Of a DNA stretch of 63,215 nucleotides, positions 25,150 through 39,320 are shown piece after piece. The stretch covers positions 192,245,111 to 192,308,325 of the forward strand of contig NC_068981.1 in NCBI RefSeq assembly GCF_001194135.2, read 5' to 3'. Position 1 is the stretch's first letter; every line of letters starts with the position of its first letter. The position numbers and the translations under genes are program-made. The notes beneath the pieces are model-generated. The model had not been told where the DNA came from and did no database searches. It saw only the letters and a program-made list of their open reading frames with translations. This DNA is from Octopus bimaculoides. Its lineage: Eukaryota.

Positions 25150-25905
25150 ATGAGCTAGCAGAATAGTTAGCACAAAGAACAAGTTGCTTAGCAAATTGTT
25201 TCTTCAGGCTTTATGTTCTAAGTTCAAATTCTGTCACGGTCAAGTTTGCTTTTCCCCCTTTTAAGGTTGATGAAATTGTAACTGTGCTACTTCCAAACCC
25301 CATTTTAATATCCTTTTATTGTGGCAGTCATGTGATGTTGTAAAGAAGCCATTCTCCACACCTCATTACACGGTCACTACAAAACAAAGTACCAGCAAAG
25401 TACTACGTTCTATGCAATTTACAGACTCCTTTCCCCTGAACTTACTGACTTTGAGCTAAAATTTTAAATCATCATTAGGATGGCAAGCTAGCAGAATCAT
25501 TAGCATGTTGGACAAAATGCTTAGTAGTATTTCTTCGAGCTCTTTACATTCTGAGTTCAAATTCCACTGAGGTCAGCTTTTCCTTTCATCCTCATGAGAA
25601 AATAAGTGTCAGTTGAGCACTGGGGTTCATGTAATACACTTATCCCTTCCCCTAAAATTGTTGTACTTGTGCCAAAGTTTGAAGTCATTTAAGGTGGCAA
25701 GCTAACCGAATTGTTAACACACCAGGCAAAATGCTTTGTGACATTTCATCCATCTTTATGTTCTGAGTTCAAATTCTGCTGAGGTCAACTTTACCTTTCA
25801 TCCTTTCTGAGTCAATAAAATAAGTACCAGTTGAGTTCTGAGGTCAATGTATTCGACTTATCCTCTCCCCCAAAGTTACTAGCCTTGTGCCAAAACTTGA
25901 AACCA
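25150..25905 (+). mobile_element. Cluster of three or more family C SINE copies
   Basis: Repeated ...gctagcagaat...ttctgagttcaaattc...ggtca.ctt at about 25150, 25480 and 25692. Confidence 0.75.
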
Positions 25906-26019
25906 TTATTACTTTTTTTACTGTTGGATTGCTTTTTACAAATAGAGACCAACAATGGATTTCTTGGATTCTGGATTTTTAACTTATACAGTCTGAATAT
26001 GACTCCCTTGTCATCATCA

Positions 26020-27062
26020 TCATCATCATCATAATCATTGTTTAATGTCTGCTTTCCATGCTGGCATGGGTTGGACGGTTTGACTGGGGACTGGCAAGCC
26101 AGGAGGCCGCACCAGGCTTAAATCTGATCTGGCAATGTTTCTACAGCTGGATGCCCTTCCTAACACCAACCACTCTGAGAGTGTAGTGGGTGCTTTTTAC
26201 GTGCCATCAGCACGGGAGCTAGTCAGGTGGCACTGGTATCAGCCATGTTTGGATGGTGCTTTTTACGTGCCACTGGCACAGGAGCCGGTCAGGGCAGGGG
26301 GATGGTATCAACCACGTTCGGATGGTGCTTTTTACATGCTACCAGCACAGGGAGTCAGTCAGGCAGCACTAGCAATGACCCACGCATGCATGGTGCTTAT
26401 TGCATGCCACCAGCATGGGAGCCAGTCAGGCGGCACTGGCATTAGCCACAACTACAGTTTCCATTTGACTGTGATTTTACTTGATTCAATAGATCTCCTC
26501 AAGTACGGCATGTTGCCTGAAGATCCAAAGGTACTTTTTAAGTGGGCTGGTTTTGCGACACTGGTATAGGCTATGCCTGTGATCTCACTTTATTTGCACG
26601 GGTCTTCTCAATCACAGCATATCTCTAGAGGTCTCGGTCTTTCGTCATTGCCTCTGTGAAGCCCAATGTTCAAAGGTCATGCTTCACTACCTCATCCCAT
26701 GTCTTCCTGGGTCTCCCCCTTCCACAGGTTCCTTCCACTGTTAGGGAGTGACACTTCTTCACACAGCTCTCCTCACCCATATGCAGCACATGACCATACC
26801 AGCACTGTCATCTCTCTTGCACACCACATCTGATGCTTCTTATGTCCAACATTTCTCTCAGGGCACTTACACTCTGAGCAAGAGGCCCCTTGTCACCAGG
26901 AGGGGTAGAAGCTATCTGAACTTTGCCCAGGCTATTCTTATTCTAGTGGTAACACTCTCTGAGCATCCACCCCCACTACAGACTTGGTCACCTAGGTAGT
27001 AGAAGCTATCAACTACTTCTAGTTTCTCACCCTGGCATGTGATGGAATCAGTTTTCTGTATC
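26020..27062 (-). mobile_element. 5'-truncated RTE LINE with complete 3' UTR and (GAT)n tail
   Basis: Minus strand EKLEVVDSFYYLGDQ...WYGHVLHMGEESCVKKC...KTWDEVVKHDL, continuing into four ~65-bp UTR repeats and the family D tail. Confidence 0.88.
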
Positions 27063-28039
27063 TAAGTTTCTTATAAATACATTGTAAAAGAGAAGCTTTG
27101 AAAAGTCATAAATAGGTAAACAAAATTTTAGATAACCTATTTAGATATCTCTGATGAAATGCAACACATTCTTAGAATCTTAAGAAAATCCCTATAGAGT
27201 TTGGTTCAGTGAAAAAATGCACTCTTAGAGAAATTGTTATAAAACAAAACATTGAAATCAAAGAAATAATGTGATGCTGAACATATGACAGAATGAAGTA
27301 TGGAAACATGGCAGAGATTAAAGACTTTTTCTTTTTTCCTAAAAGGGTCCATAATATGGGATAATTTGCCATCATGTGTAGAAGGTAGCTTATGGAAAGA
27401 CATTATGCGGAATAATCTGAAGGAAATGCATTATAATTATTAATAAAAAGGTCGGGAATTGTCAGAGCAGCTTGTAGATTTGACAGATAATCTATCGTCT
27501 GTGTAAAGAATTGAAGAGAACCGGTAAGGAGAGAAAGAAAGAGCAACAACATCCACAAACATCATCAGCAACATCAAAATCATAATGCAAAACATGCAAA
27601 AGGACAAAATAATTGTTTAGTAAATCTGAATCGGTTTCTACATGTTGAATCTATTTATCTCTCACTCTCTCTCTTTTCTCTCTCTGTCTCTCTCTGTCTC
27701 TCTCTGTCTCTCTCTCTCTCTCCCTCTCTCTATTTATCTATTTATCTATATAGATAAATATCTATTTATCTATATGCACACACATATATGCACACACACA
27801 CACACACAAATGTGTGTGTGTGCATATACTCATAAGTGTGCATGCATGCATGTGTATGAATACATACACACACAAACACAAACATAAGCACATAATATAT
27901 GTATGCATATATACATGCATTTTTATTTACATATCAATTTAGATATATATATATGTATGTATGTACGTATAAGAAAAAGAAAACAGAGAAGGCTTAGCAT
28001 GCGTGAAGGTGCAGGAATAGCAAAATACACAGGCATGGC

Positions 28040-28200
28040 TGTGTGTTTAAGAAATTTGCTTTCCCACCACATGACATGGTTTAGGGTTCAGCCCCACTAC
28101 ATGACACCTTGGCCAAATTTCTTTTCCTATAGCCCCTGGCCAACCAAAGCCACACACACATGTATGAGTGGATGTGTGTGTGTATACAGGCATATATATA
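28040..28200 (+). mobile_element. SINE family B head
   Basis: catggctgtgtgtttaagaaatttgctttcccaccacatg...ggttcagcccc. Confidence 0.7.
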
Positions 28201-28428
28201 TATGCACACACACACAGATATATAGATCTATATTGTGTATGCATGTATATGTGTTGTGTGTCTGTGTGCTAGTGTGTGTGTGTGTGCGCGCGCGCATGTA
28301 CATGCATGTTTATATCTGGTTGAGTGACTGAGGCAAGTGCAGTAATAGAGAACTCTATAATAATAGTCACAGATCTGAAATGCCTAAATTTTTTCAGCTA
28401 CCCAGCATGTCATTTATCTGCACACACA

Positions 28429-28477
<49 letters not shown>

Positions 28478-28979
28478 AGGCACATGAATTCACATAGGCA
28501 AAACAACACTATATTTACACATGCATACATACACTCACTCACATATACATATGTATGTGCATGCACAAAGAATTAAAAGCCAAGTTGGCCTCAGTAGATT
28601 TGAACCCAAAACACAAAGAGCCAGAAAAAAAGAGTAAAACAAATAATTGCTTCTAATTTAGACTGACAGACAGCAATTGGATGGAGAGAGTAGCCAATAC
28701 CAACAACCTCAGCAGTAAACTGGTACGTTATTTTATTGACCTCAGAAGGCTGAAAGACAAATTTAACCTTGGCAGAATTTCAACTAAGAACACAAAGAGC
28801 CAGAAGGAATATTTTTTCCAGTGTTCTTACTGTTCAGTCATCTTGCCACACTATTAATAATATAAACATAGTTAACAAATAATGTTGTTTATTGTTTGTT
28901 TGTTTTTTTGAGTGTCTTGCTTTTTAATCTTCTCCAAACACCAAAGGGTATATTTTTCAAATGAAGTAGTATACACACA

Positions 28980-29152
28980 CAAAACTCACAAGAAGCATCC
29001 ACATACAGATACATACACATAGACACTCACACAACACACACACACATAGATATATATACACACATAGATACACTCACATGAAACATATACACACAGATAC
29101 ACATTAGCACAAGTACACATATGCACACATGCACACACATTCACAAACACAA

Positions 29153-29200
<48 letters not shown>

Positions 29201-29423
29201 AAACAACACAGAATCACAAAACTTACACACATTTCACACACACAAAACACAAAATAACATACATATAAGAGACACATGCAACACATTTACAAACCACAAA
29301 CATGGCACACACTCAAATCCCACACACAAAATGCAGAGAACGCAAAAACACACAGAAAGATGCATACACATGAAACACACAAAAAATAAACACACACACA
29401 TACACACACACACACACACACAC

Positions 29424-29457
<34 letters not shown>

Positions 29458-29460
29458 AAC
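28980..29460. repeat. Long degenerate (CA)n-rich tract
   Basis: Direct reading. Confidence 0.85.
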
Positions 29461-29774
29461 TGGCACTCTGTCAATTACAACGGTGTGTGTTCCAGTTGAT
29501 CCAATCAACAGAACAGCCTATTCATGAAATTAACATGCAAGTGGCTGAGTACTCCACAGACACATATAAATGTCATTCCCAGGGAGATTCAGAATGACAC
29601 AGAATGTGACAAGGCTGGCCCTTTGAATTACAAGTACAATTCACTTTTGCCAGCTGAGTGGACTGGAGCAATGTGATATAAAGTGTCTTGCTAAGGACAC
29701 AACACACCTCCAGGAATCGAACCCTCAACCTTACAATCATGATCTCAATACCCCTAACCACTAAGCCATGCATC
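29461..29774 (-). mobile_element. SINE family A
   Basis: Reverse complement of 18639-18956. Confidence 0.85.
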
Positions 29775-30794
29775 TTCACAATACACAAAATATATACATA
29801 CAAAATACAAACACAAAATACACACACATAAAATACATACCTTCATATACATGCACACACTCACATCCACACACACAGTATATTTGTCTCTCTATCACCA
29901 TCCCTTACAAACACATATTTGCCCCATTTATGAAAATACACACGCATACACACACACACTCATCACATGTATATATACAAAGACTCACACACACATTTAC
30001 AAAGGACATAACACACAAATGCATGTTCACAAGCATACTCTTCACACCATCAACACCACAACCACATTAACATAAGACATGACTGAGTCAAACAGACTGA
30101 AACTTGCATAATAAGCAGTAAAATAGAAATTTTCTTTAAATTCTTTTAATTTGTTTTTTGCTTTTCGTTTTTTTTTTGTTTGTTTGTTTTTTTGCTGGAA
30201 TCTGATAATGAAATTTCTGCTCTTTTGATATGGATCTTGCTAAAATTCTTTTAAAATGACAACCTTTAGAAGTTTATGTCTTTAAACAGAAGTTGAAGAG
30301 AATGATAGCACCCTTCCATGGGTAGATGGGTTTTGACACTCTAAACTCACATAAGAAGAAAAAAAGGAAAATAAAAAGGAAAATACTGTGCATAAAAATG
30401 TAGCTACACTCATATATGTAGACTTACAAAAATTAAAATTTTTGATCCAAGCTTTTATGTAAAAAATTTAAAAATTGTTTCTAGTACAACAGAAATTGGT
30501 TATATATATAATTTTCTGTTTATTTTCTAAATACCAACAAAAGCTAAGTTATTTTCTGATCTGATCTTATTAGCAAAGTATTGCAATGATGGTTACACAG
30601 CATATGTTTTGTGTACACAGGTTAGATGTAGACAGAATTTAGACATGGAAAATTTCAGGTCTTAATTAGCAACAATTACGGCAAAGTTAACATTCATGCG
30701 TTTGTGAAAAAGTACATTAATAAGTCATTTAGACAATCTATTAATAAGTCAATTAGACAATTTATATATTAGACAATTGTAGAAACAAGGTTAC

Positions 30795-30994
30795 TCTGTT
30801 ACTTGTTTCAGTCCAGTCATTTGACTGCAGCCATGCTGGAGCACCACCATAAAAGGTTTTAGTCAAACAAATCGCACCGTGGACTTATTCGTTGTAAGCC
30901 TAGTACTTATTCTATTGGTCTCTTTTGCTGAACTGCTAACTTATGGGGACATAAACATACCAACATTGAATGGGGGGGGGGACAAATAGACACA

Positions 30995-31030
<36 letters not shown>

Positions 31031-31210
31031 NNNNNNNNNNNNNNNNNNNNNNNNNNNNNNNNNNNNNNNNNNNNNNNNNNNNNNNNNNNNNNNNNNNNNN
31101 NNNNNNNNNNNNNNNNNNNNNNNNNNNNNNNNNGCCCAAGGTGCCATGCAATGGTACTGACCCTGGAACCATGTGGTTGGGAAGAAAGTTACTTACTACA
31201 CAGCCACACC
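30795..31210 (-). mobile_element. SINE family B spanning an N gap
   Basis: cagccatgctggagcaccacc...[gap]...gcccaaggtgccatgc...ttcttactacacagccac-like head. Confidence 0.8.
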
Positions 31211-31499
31211 TAAATATTTTCATAATTTCATCACAATGGAATAATTTATGTTGCAAAATCAATAAAGGAGGAGGAGGAGGAGGAGGAGGAGGAGGAGGTG
31301 GTGGTGGTGGTGGTGGTGGTGGCAATGGGGATGGTGAAGTTGAATATTACTGCTCTGATAATTATCTTTTGATAAATGTTATTTTTGATTCAACAACTTC
31401 CATAAAGATATTCCTCATTGGTGCTTTTAGATACATACAACCTCATCAGGAAATGTTCCAGTTTCAGAAAATTGACTCTAAGAGACAAACCAACGAGGG

Positions 31500-31700
31500 A
31501 AGCCACCTGCTCAAAAATAGCAACCAAATCTCCCTTAAACCACACCCTCTTATTATAGATAACTAAAGGGTACCAGAGATAACATAGATCTATATATCTT
31601 GTGAAAAGCAAGAATGGTCCCAGCTGAAATGCCTTCTATAGTGTTAACTTTGTCATGACTGACTTGAGGCTAAACAACATTAATAACAACAACAACAACA
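31500..31700 (+). repeat. Family F repeat
   Basis: acctgctcaaaaatagcaaccaaatctccc...gaggctaaacaac plus (AAC)n. Confidence 0.65.
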
Positions 31701-32149
31701 CTCTTTTGATTTAGGTGATGCCATACTAAATAATTCATCAGGCTGCCAAGATTTCCCAAAGATTATGCTGCCATGTCATTAATGTGACAGCCAAACCATT
31801 TGCTAAAAGACTACAGTGATTCCACAGTAGATAAGCCATTAGTTTATCTGCAGTCTATGGTCACTGGGAACTTATTGTTTCTATCTAACTAATGAGCTGA
31901 ATGCTAAGAACTGAAATGCAGGAGCTTGTGGTAGTGTGATAATGTAATGGCATGGTAGGGTAGAGATGTGTGGGTGTGCAGGTATGGTAGTGTAGATGGG
32001 TTTTGGTGTGGTGGTCTCATCAGTTTGGTGGGACGTTGACATCTAGCTAGTTAGAATAGAACATATGTAGAAAGGAACTTAATAAAGCAGAAGATATTTG
32101 AGTTATATGTGTAAAATAGAGTACAAAACATGTACTCCATTGTATAATT

Positions 32150-32335
32150 TAATATGATACAAGCACAATAGAATAAAATAGAGTAGGGTGGAATAGAATA
32201 TGATAAAATAAAGTATGACAGAATAGAGCAGAATATAACATAAAGTACAATAGAATACACAAGAGCACAAAGCATAGAGTACATTAAAAGTAGAATGAAA
32301 TAGAACAAATTAGAGAGAACAGATTAAATTTGAAA
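32150..32335. repeat. Degenerate (AATAG)n pentanucleotide tract
   Basis: 5-nt periodicity: aatagaataaaatagagtag... Confidence 0.7.
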
Positions 32336-33149
32336 AGAAAATAAAAAGAAAGGAACAGTATAGGATATGTAAAATATCAACATTACAGCCATTATCATCA
32401 TCATTGTCATCATTATCTTTTTACAAGTATTTTTTCCATGCATTCTTTTCTCCCATGTTTCCACTATTACAACTATTCTGTTGCTCTTCACCCATTTCTG
32501 TATTGCCAGTCATCCCCTACTCTCCCCTACTTTCTTTCAAATGCATATTTATCATCGATCACTCCTTAACCATTGTTCATCATTCACTATTTTTGCCCCA
32601 CTCTATTCCTACTCAGGCATTAACTATCCCTCACTCTCCCCATGCACTCTTGCAACCTCTACCCACCCACACTTGCACCCACCCATTCTTCTGTCCCCAC
32701 TCATTTCTAGTTACCTTCTTGTATTTTGAGGGCCCACTCTAAAATCTTATCATTACTATTCTACTCCTATTTCCAACCCCACCCCATTATTCGCACCCAC
32801 TCTCACATAATGCTCTCAGCCATGTAGTTCCATTACAGCAAGAAATCTGTTGTATCCTGGACACTTCTTTCATACTTTAACCTTTCATTACCTAGCATAA
32901 TGTCATCTCCCTCTCTCTTATAGTACCAGTCAGGTGAAGGGATCTTAGTCTTATGATCTACATGGTGACCTCACTAGAACTAATGTCATGAGAAAAGAAC
33001 TCAGTAAAGTGGACGTCATTAGGGAGAACATCTAGCCATAGAAACCAAATCAAAGGCGACATTGGAGTATGATGCAGTCCTCAAACCTATCAAACAGTCC
33101 AACCCATGCCAGCATGGAAGACAGACAGCAGCTCTGGCAATGACAGTGA

Positions 33150-34200
33150 TGAGGATAATATAAATTCAAAGATGGATTTAGCATGAAGTCCATCAAGGAT
33201 CAGTCTTTTCCTGTTCACCATTGTCCTGCAAGTCATCATTAAGGAATTTAAGACTGGCTGTCCATGAGAACACTTTTATGCTGATGATCTAGTTCACATA
33301 GCTGAATCTTTAAGGAAATTAAAGAAGAAATTTTAGGCATGTAAGCTAAACCTGAAATTGAAAAGGTTTTAGTAAGTAGGAGACAAGGCAAGACCCTAGT
33401 AGCTTCCAGGAAATGGCCTTGCTCAGTATGTAAGAAAGGGGTAAGTATAAATTCTATATACTCTATTCAATGTAAGTTATGGATGCACAAGAAAAGTAGT
33501 GGAATCACTGGCAGACTATCTGAAAATATAAGCTTCATACACGATGGATGCAGTGGAACAGTACATATGAGCACACCTGAAATTGAGTCTCTTAAATACC
33601 CAAGTGGCTCATTAAAAGTAGTTGATAACTTTTGTTACCTAGATGTAATAAGCAAGGGAGGTGATTGCTCTGAATATAGCAAAGTGTGAATTGGGTGAAG
33701 AAAGTTCAAGGAGTGACTGCCAATACTAACAACAAAGATCTTTTCCCAAAGAAAGAAGAGCGGAGTGTATGATGCTTATGTTAGAACTGCAATGCTGTGT
33801 GGTAGAGAGACATCGGCTTTGAATGCAGAGGACTTGAGAAGACTGGAAAGAAATACAGCAAGCATATTCTGATGGATGTGTAATGTGAGAGTTCAAGAAA
33901 GAATTAGTACAAATATGCTGAGTAAGAAACTAGGCATCGGATGTGTGCAAGAAAGAAATTTGTGCCAGTATGGATAAATGATGCAAATGGATGAGGATAT
34001 CTGCATAAAAAAGCACCAATTATTAAATGTGGCTGCAACTTGTGGAAGAGGGAGATCCAGGAGATATGAGATGTGGTGACAAAGGCTGATCTCAGGCCTC
34101 TGAACCTGATGGCTGAGATGACAAAGGACCAGGATCTCTGGTGATATGAGATTTTTGTAAAAACTTGCCCACCTCAGTGAAACTGAGTTCTGGAAATGCT
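33150..34200 (+). mobile_element. Old, heavily decayed RTE LINE 3' fragment
   Basis: Remnants of QGS, LYADDL, KWPCSVCKKG, LKVVDNFCYL, AMLCGRET, RGRSR; many stops. Confidence 0.75.
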
Positions 34201-34872
34201 ATTTCATGTTCTCCACACATTACAGTGATTCCTCCTATTCATGTATTACACCTGCCTCTTCCACTTCCCTCAAGACCTACAGACTACCCAACAATGTCAT
34301 ATCTCTCTCTTGTCCCCACCCATTCCCAACAATTGTATCATCTTAACAACTCCTGCTGCTTGCTTACCCCACTCTTCTGCATCCTTTTAACTTCCCAAAA
34401 TCATGGTTCTTGTATCATCCACCCTTCAATCCAACTCATATTAGCAGTCAACATCCCCACCCCTCATTCTCTTCCTCATACAATCTTGCAAGCCAGCCAG
34501 CCACCCACTTCTACTCAGCTTTGTGGGGACACCTGGGACCACATCCCCATTATTTATCTCTGGCTGCACCAACTGATAATTTTCTCTTTCTCTTTCCCCT
34601 ACTAGATGTGAGTAGCCATGCAGATCATTCTACAAGAACCTACTATGCCCTACTTCCCACCTCATAGTAATCCCTTTGTCACCTCACATGAATCTGCACC
34701 ACTTTCCCACCTTTCCCCAGGGTCTGTAGTCCTAAAAACTGCATGGCAGCCTCAGTTGTGCAGACATTGGAGCTTGAAGCAGTCCTTGAACACATCAGAT
34801 CCTTCAAACTATCAAACCCAGGCTAGCATCGACATTAAATGATGAATGATGATGAGGAGGATGATGATGAGG

Positions 34873-34913
<41 letters not shown>

Positions 34914-35215
34914 ATAGGTGGAGTAATATGCTTTCTGAATCACAACTGTCTGCTGAACGAGAACGTGAAACTCTCAGTAGCAGTTTTTTCTGATGTTTTC
35001 ACAGCTTTAATAATAAAGTATATATATATATATANNNNNNNNNNNNNNNNNNNNNNNNNNNNNNNNNNNNNNNNNNNNNNNNNNNNNNNNNNNNNNNNNN
35101 NNNNNNNNNNNNNNNNNNNNNNNNNNNNNNNNNNNNNNNNNNNNNNNNNNNNNNNNNNNNNNNNNNNNNNNNNNNNNNNNNNNNNNNNNNNNNNNNNNNN
35201 NNNNNNNNNNNNNNN

Positions 35216-35264
<49 letters not shown>

Positions 35265-35266
<2 letters not shown>

Positions 35267-35445
35267 TCAGATACATAAAGAAAAATATACCAGATAAGTA
35301 GAGAATTAATAGTTATACAAAGAAATACCAGATATGTGTGTGTGTGTGTGTGTGTGTGTACAAACACACACACATATATATCTGGTATTTCTCTATATAG
35401 CTTTTAGTTCTCTATTTATCTGGTATATTTTTTCTGTATCTGATA
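35265..35445. mobile_element. Palindromic MITE-like hairpin with (GT)/(AC) centre
   Basis: tatcagatacat...aaataccagatatgtgtg pairs with cacacatatatatctggtattt...gtatctgata. Confidence 0.65.
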
Positions 35446-36284
35446 TTTTTTGTCTATCTATTGAATAACTGAATGTGTTATATCCACTAATACCCAAAAC
35501 AAATTCTGTTGCTATGTATCTTTAATGTATATGTAAACATATTTCAACATCAATTAGATTTTCATGAAGCTGATTTTATTTTTCATGTAACCAATATTTC
35601 TATTACATTTCATTTGTGTATGTGTGTATGTGTGTGTGTATGTGTGTGTGTGTGTGTTTGCATGTGTGTGCATGCGTGTGTGTGTGCGTGTGTGTGCATA
35701 CAAGTAGATGATTTGATTTTATTCCTAAAAGATATCATTTGTTCAGCCTATATCCAAATAACTAGCTAAAACTGCAGCTTTTTTTTTTTGATAAACAAAA
35801 TCAATTTTTCTTTTTTATTTTTGTTTCATAATTATTACTGATAGAATTTTTTTTAACCCTCTGAAATATCAGAGTAGACACTTATACAATCAATCAAGTA
35901 AGCAAATAAGCTGGGTAAGAACAGAGGCATTTGATATTTTGATAGTTGGATATGTTGAATATAGATGAGTGATGACAGGGGTGTTGGATGCATAAGAAAT
36001 ATACAATGGCTTAAGTAATTTGTCACATTGAAATAAAATTCTGTAAAAGTAGTCTCTTAAATTGTTTCAATCTAGTATGTATATATTGACACACTTAACC
36101 TTTGTCAAAGTTTATGAACTGGCTTGGCTATTAGAGGGTTGGCTAGAATACTTCGTAATATACGTCCTGAGTCTCTGTGCCCTAAGTTCAAATCTCACTG
36201 AGGTCAACTTTGCTTTCATGCTTTTAGGGTTGATAAAAATATACCAATCCAGGGTGGGAGAATGGTGTAACTACAAGATCAAAC

Positions 36285-36585
36285 TGGCACTCTGTTGGTT
36301 ATGACAATGAAAATTCCAGTTGATCCAATCAATGGAACAGCCTGCTCGTGAAATTAATGTGCAAGTGGCTGAGCACTCCACAGATGCATGTGCCCTTAAT
36401 GTAGTTCTCAGGAAGATTCAGCATGACACAATGTGACAAGGCTGGCTCTTTGAAATACAGGTGCTACTCATTTTTGCCAGCTGAGTGTACTGGAGCAACA
36501 TGAAATAAGGTGTCTTGCTCAAAGACACAACGCACTACCAGGTATCGAACTCACGGCCGAATATCCTAACCACTAAGTCACACAC
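36285..36585 (-). mobile_element. SINE family A
   Basis: Reverse complement of 18639-18956; preceded by a family C fragment (36120-36250). Confidence 0.85.
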
Positions 36586-36949
36586 CTTCACTTGTAACTA
36601 CAACAATGTCAGATGCCTAACAGAATTTATTGTTAGGTATTTTGTGTTGCAATCTTGCCATGGCTTACGTAAGTGACAGACTTAATCCATCTCCAAGTTT
36701 AATGCTCTTTGTAATGTCGACCATCTTACAGAGTGTATCAGGTGCTCTTTGTTTGCAATACCAGCACCAGTGAAGTTACCAAGTGGCTTGTAAGAGAAGA
36801 CAAGTTCCTTGACTGCATAGGGCTGCCGTAGGGTAGTGGAAGGACATCTAGTTGTAGAAACTGTGCCAAAATAGACACTGGTGCTCAGCACAGTCTTCAG
36901 AACTTTTGAATCATCCATCCCATACAAGCATAGAAGACAGAAGTTAAAT

Positions 36950-38090
36950 GAAGATGCTGGTGGTAGTGGTGATGGTGGTGGTGGTGGTGGCGGCGGCGGC
37001 GGTGGTGGCGGCAGCGGCGGTGGCAGCAGTGGTGGTGACAGTGTCGACAATGACAACGATGACAATATTCACAATGATGTCGACAATGATGGAGATGACA
37101 ATGAGGATAACAAGGAGGAGGGGGAGGAGAGGAAGGATGGGAGAAAGAGGGGAGGTGGAAGAAGAGAAGGAGGAAGAAGAGAAGGAGGAAGAAAAGGAGA
37201 AAAGGGTGGGGAAGAGAAGTGGAGGAGCAGGCGGTGGAGTAGCAGGAGGAAGAATAGAAGGAGGAGGAGAAAGAAGAGGCCAGTGATAATAATGATAGTA
37301 TTAAGGGAAAGAATGAGAAGGATGAAGACTATAACAATTATGATGAGGAGGATGAGGATCAAATGATTATGATGGTGATGACAATGACAATGATGTTGAC
37401 ACTGGTGATGAAGATGATGATGACGACGACGACAATGATGATGACGACGATGACAATGATGATGATGGTGATGACAATGATGATAGTAATGATGATGGTA
37501 GGGGGGAAGAGGTGGATTATGAAGATGACAATAATTGTAATGATAACAACAGCAAAGTTGATAGCATAAAAGGAAACAAAAACGAATTAGCTATTTGTCA
37601 CTTTATTTGTTCATAAAGATAATGGTAATTAGTCGTTTTAAGTATCAATTACTTACTACAAAGTCAAAGAAGAACGAATTAAAGATCAAGCAACATCAAC
37701 AACAACAATAATATACATCACACATGGTTGCTGTTAAAGTACATGTTAATCTTTTTCTATTGATTCTCCTTTCTTCTTGCTCTTCTCCTTCTCCACCTTC
37801 TTGTCTTGTTCTTTATCTCTTTCTTCTTCATCTCCTTCTCCTCCTTCTTCCATTTCTTCTTCTTCTTCTTCTTCTGCTGCTGCTGCTACAACTACTGCTG
37901 CTGATTCTTTTTCTTCTTCTCCTCCTCTTCACCTTCTCCATTCCTCTCCCTCCTCATCTCCCTCTTCCCCCTCTTCCACCACCACCTCTTCCTCCTCTTC
38001 CTCCGCTTCCTCTGCCTCCTCCTTCTTCTTCTTCTTCTTCTTCTTCTTCTTCTTCTTCTTCTTCTACTTCTTCTTCTTCTTCTTCCCAAT
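36950..38090. repeat. Compound trinucleotide low-complexity block (GGT, GGC, GGA, GAT, then CTT/CCT)
   Basis: Direct reading; source of the poly-G/D/M/S/L ORFs. Confidence 0.9.
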
Positions 38091-38499
38091 GACCTGACCT
38101 CTACAGTCAAAGCTGTATAAACACAAAGACGAGGTGGAGATACTGTCTGTCTTTTAAAGAAGAGCAGGAAATATTTAATGGAATAATGGAATCAGTGAAG
38201 ATCTATTCACCAAATATTCTGCTCTCGGTGCCAGATATTGAATAATTTGTGTGAAAAAAGAAACTGTGATTACTGATTGTTATTGAAGAAACTGAAGATC
38301 AAAATACATTCTTGATTTTTGGATTTATTTTTTCCTTAGATATGTCTATTGATTTCCATATGTGAATATGACTTATATTAACAAATATATACATCAATAT
38401 ATGTATGTGTGTGTGTATACACACACATATATGATGGATGTATATACATGTGTGTGTCTGTGAATGTTTGCATATTCTCATATAAATATGTATGTGTAT

Positions 38500-38553
<54 letters not shown>

Positions 38554-38554
38554 G

Positions 38555-38830
38555 ACATACATCACGTGATCATGTGATCGATCAGACTATGAGATGCTGT
38601 TATACATCGCTGGTCACAATGTGCTTCACATTGTTATAGCTTTCAAATGATGCTACCCTGCTGGCTAGACAAGCAGGCCAACATTCCCCCCACTGATGAA
38701 AAAACTTGTCCATCACATGAACTGGAGCAATATGAAATGAAGTGTTTTGCTCAAGAACACAATGCACCACTTAGCCTGGGAATCAAACACATGATCTAGC
38801 TATCATGAGTCCAGCACTCCAACCACAAGG
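38555..38830 (-). mobile_element. SINE with a family-A-like tRNA head and a different body
   Basis: ggagcaatatgaaatgaagtgttttgctcaagaacacaatgcacc matches the family A 5' part; the downstream body differs. Confidence 0.55.
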
Positions 38831-39111
38831 GCGTGCACCTTCACATATATCTACATATATATTTATTTATGCTTATGTATTTGTAACATATTTCTATTAT
38901 ATATATATANNNNNNNNNNNNNNNNNNNNNNNNNNNNNNNNNNNNNNNNNNNNNNNNNNNNNNNNNNNNNNNNNNNNNNNNNNNNNNNNNNNNNNNNNNN
39001 NNNNNNNNNNNNNNNNNNNNNNNNNNNNNNNNNNNNNNNNNNNNNNNNNNNNNNNNNNNNNNNNNNNNNNNNNNNNNNNNNNNNNNNNNNTATATATATA
39101 TATATATATAT

Positions 39112-39320
39112 ATATTTCTTTATTGCCCACAGGGGGCTAAACAAAGGGTTTAAAAGGGGACAAACAAAGGGTTTAAGTCGATTACATCAACCGCAGTGCG
39201 TAACTGGTTCTTATTTAATCGACCCCGAAAGGATGAAAGGCAGAATTTGAACTCAGAATGTAATGGCAGATGAAATACCGCTAAGCATTTCGCCCAGCAT
39301 GCTAACAATTCTGCCAGCTC
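39112..39320 (-). mobile_element. SINE family C
   Basis: tttctttattgcccacagggggctaaac...ggatgaaaggcagaatttgaactcagaa; reverse complement of 45617-45865. Confidence 0.85.

Noticed and set aside
26185-26450. Four ~65-bp repeats superficially like a CRISPR array
   Set aside because: The spacers are similar to each other, the repeats are part of the RTE 3' UTR, the context is eukaryotic, and no cas genes are present.
36881-38110. Long ORFs rich in G, D, M, R, L or S
   Set aside because: Translations of trinucleotide low-complexity DNA, open in several frames on both strands.
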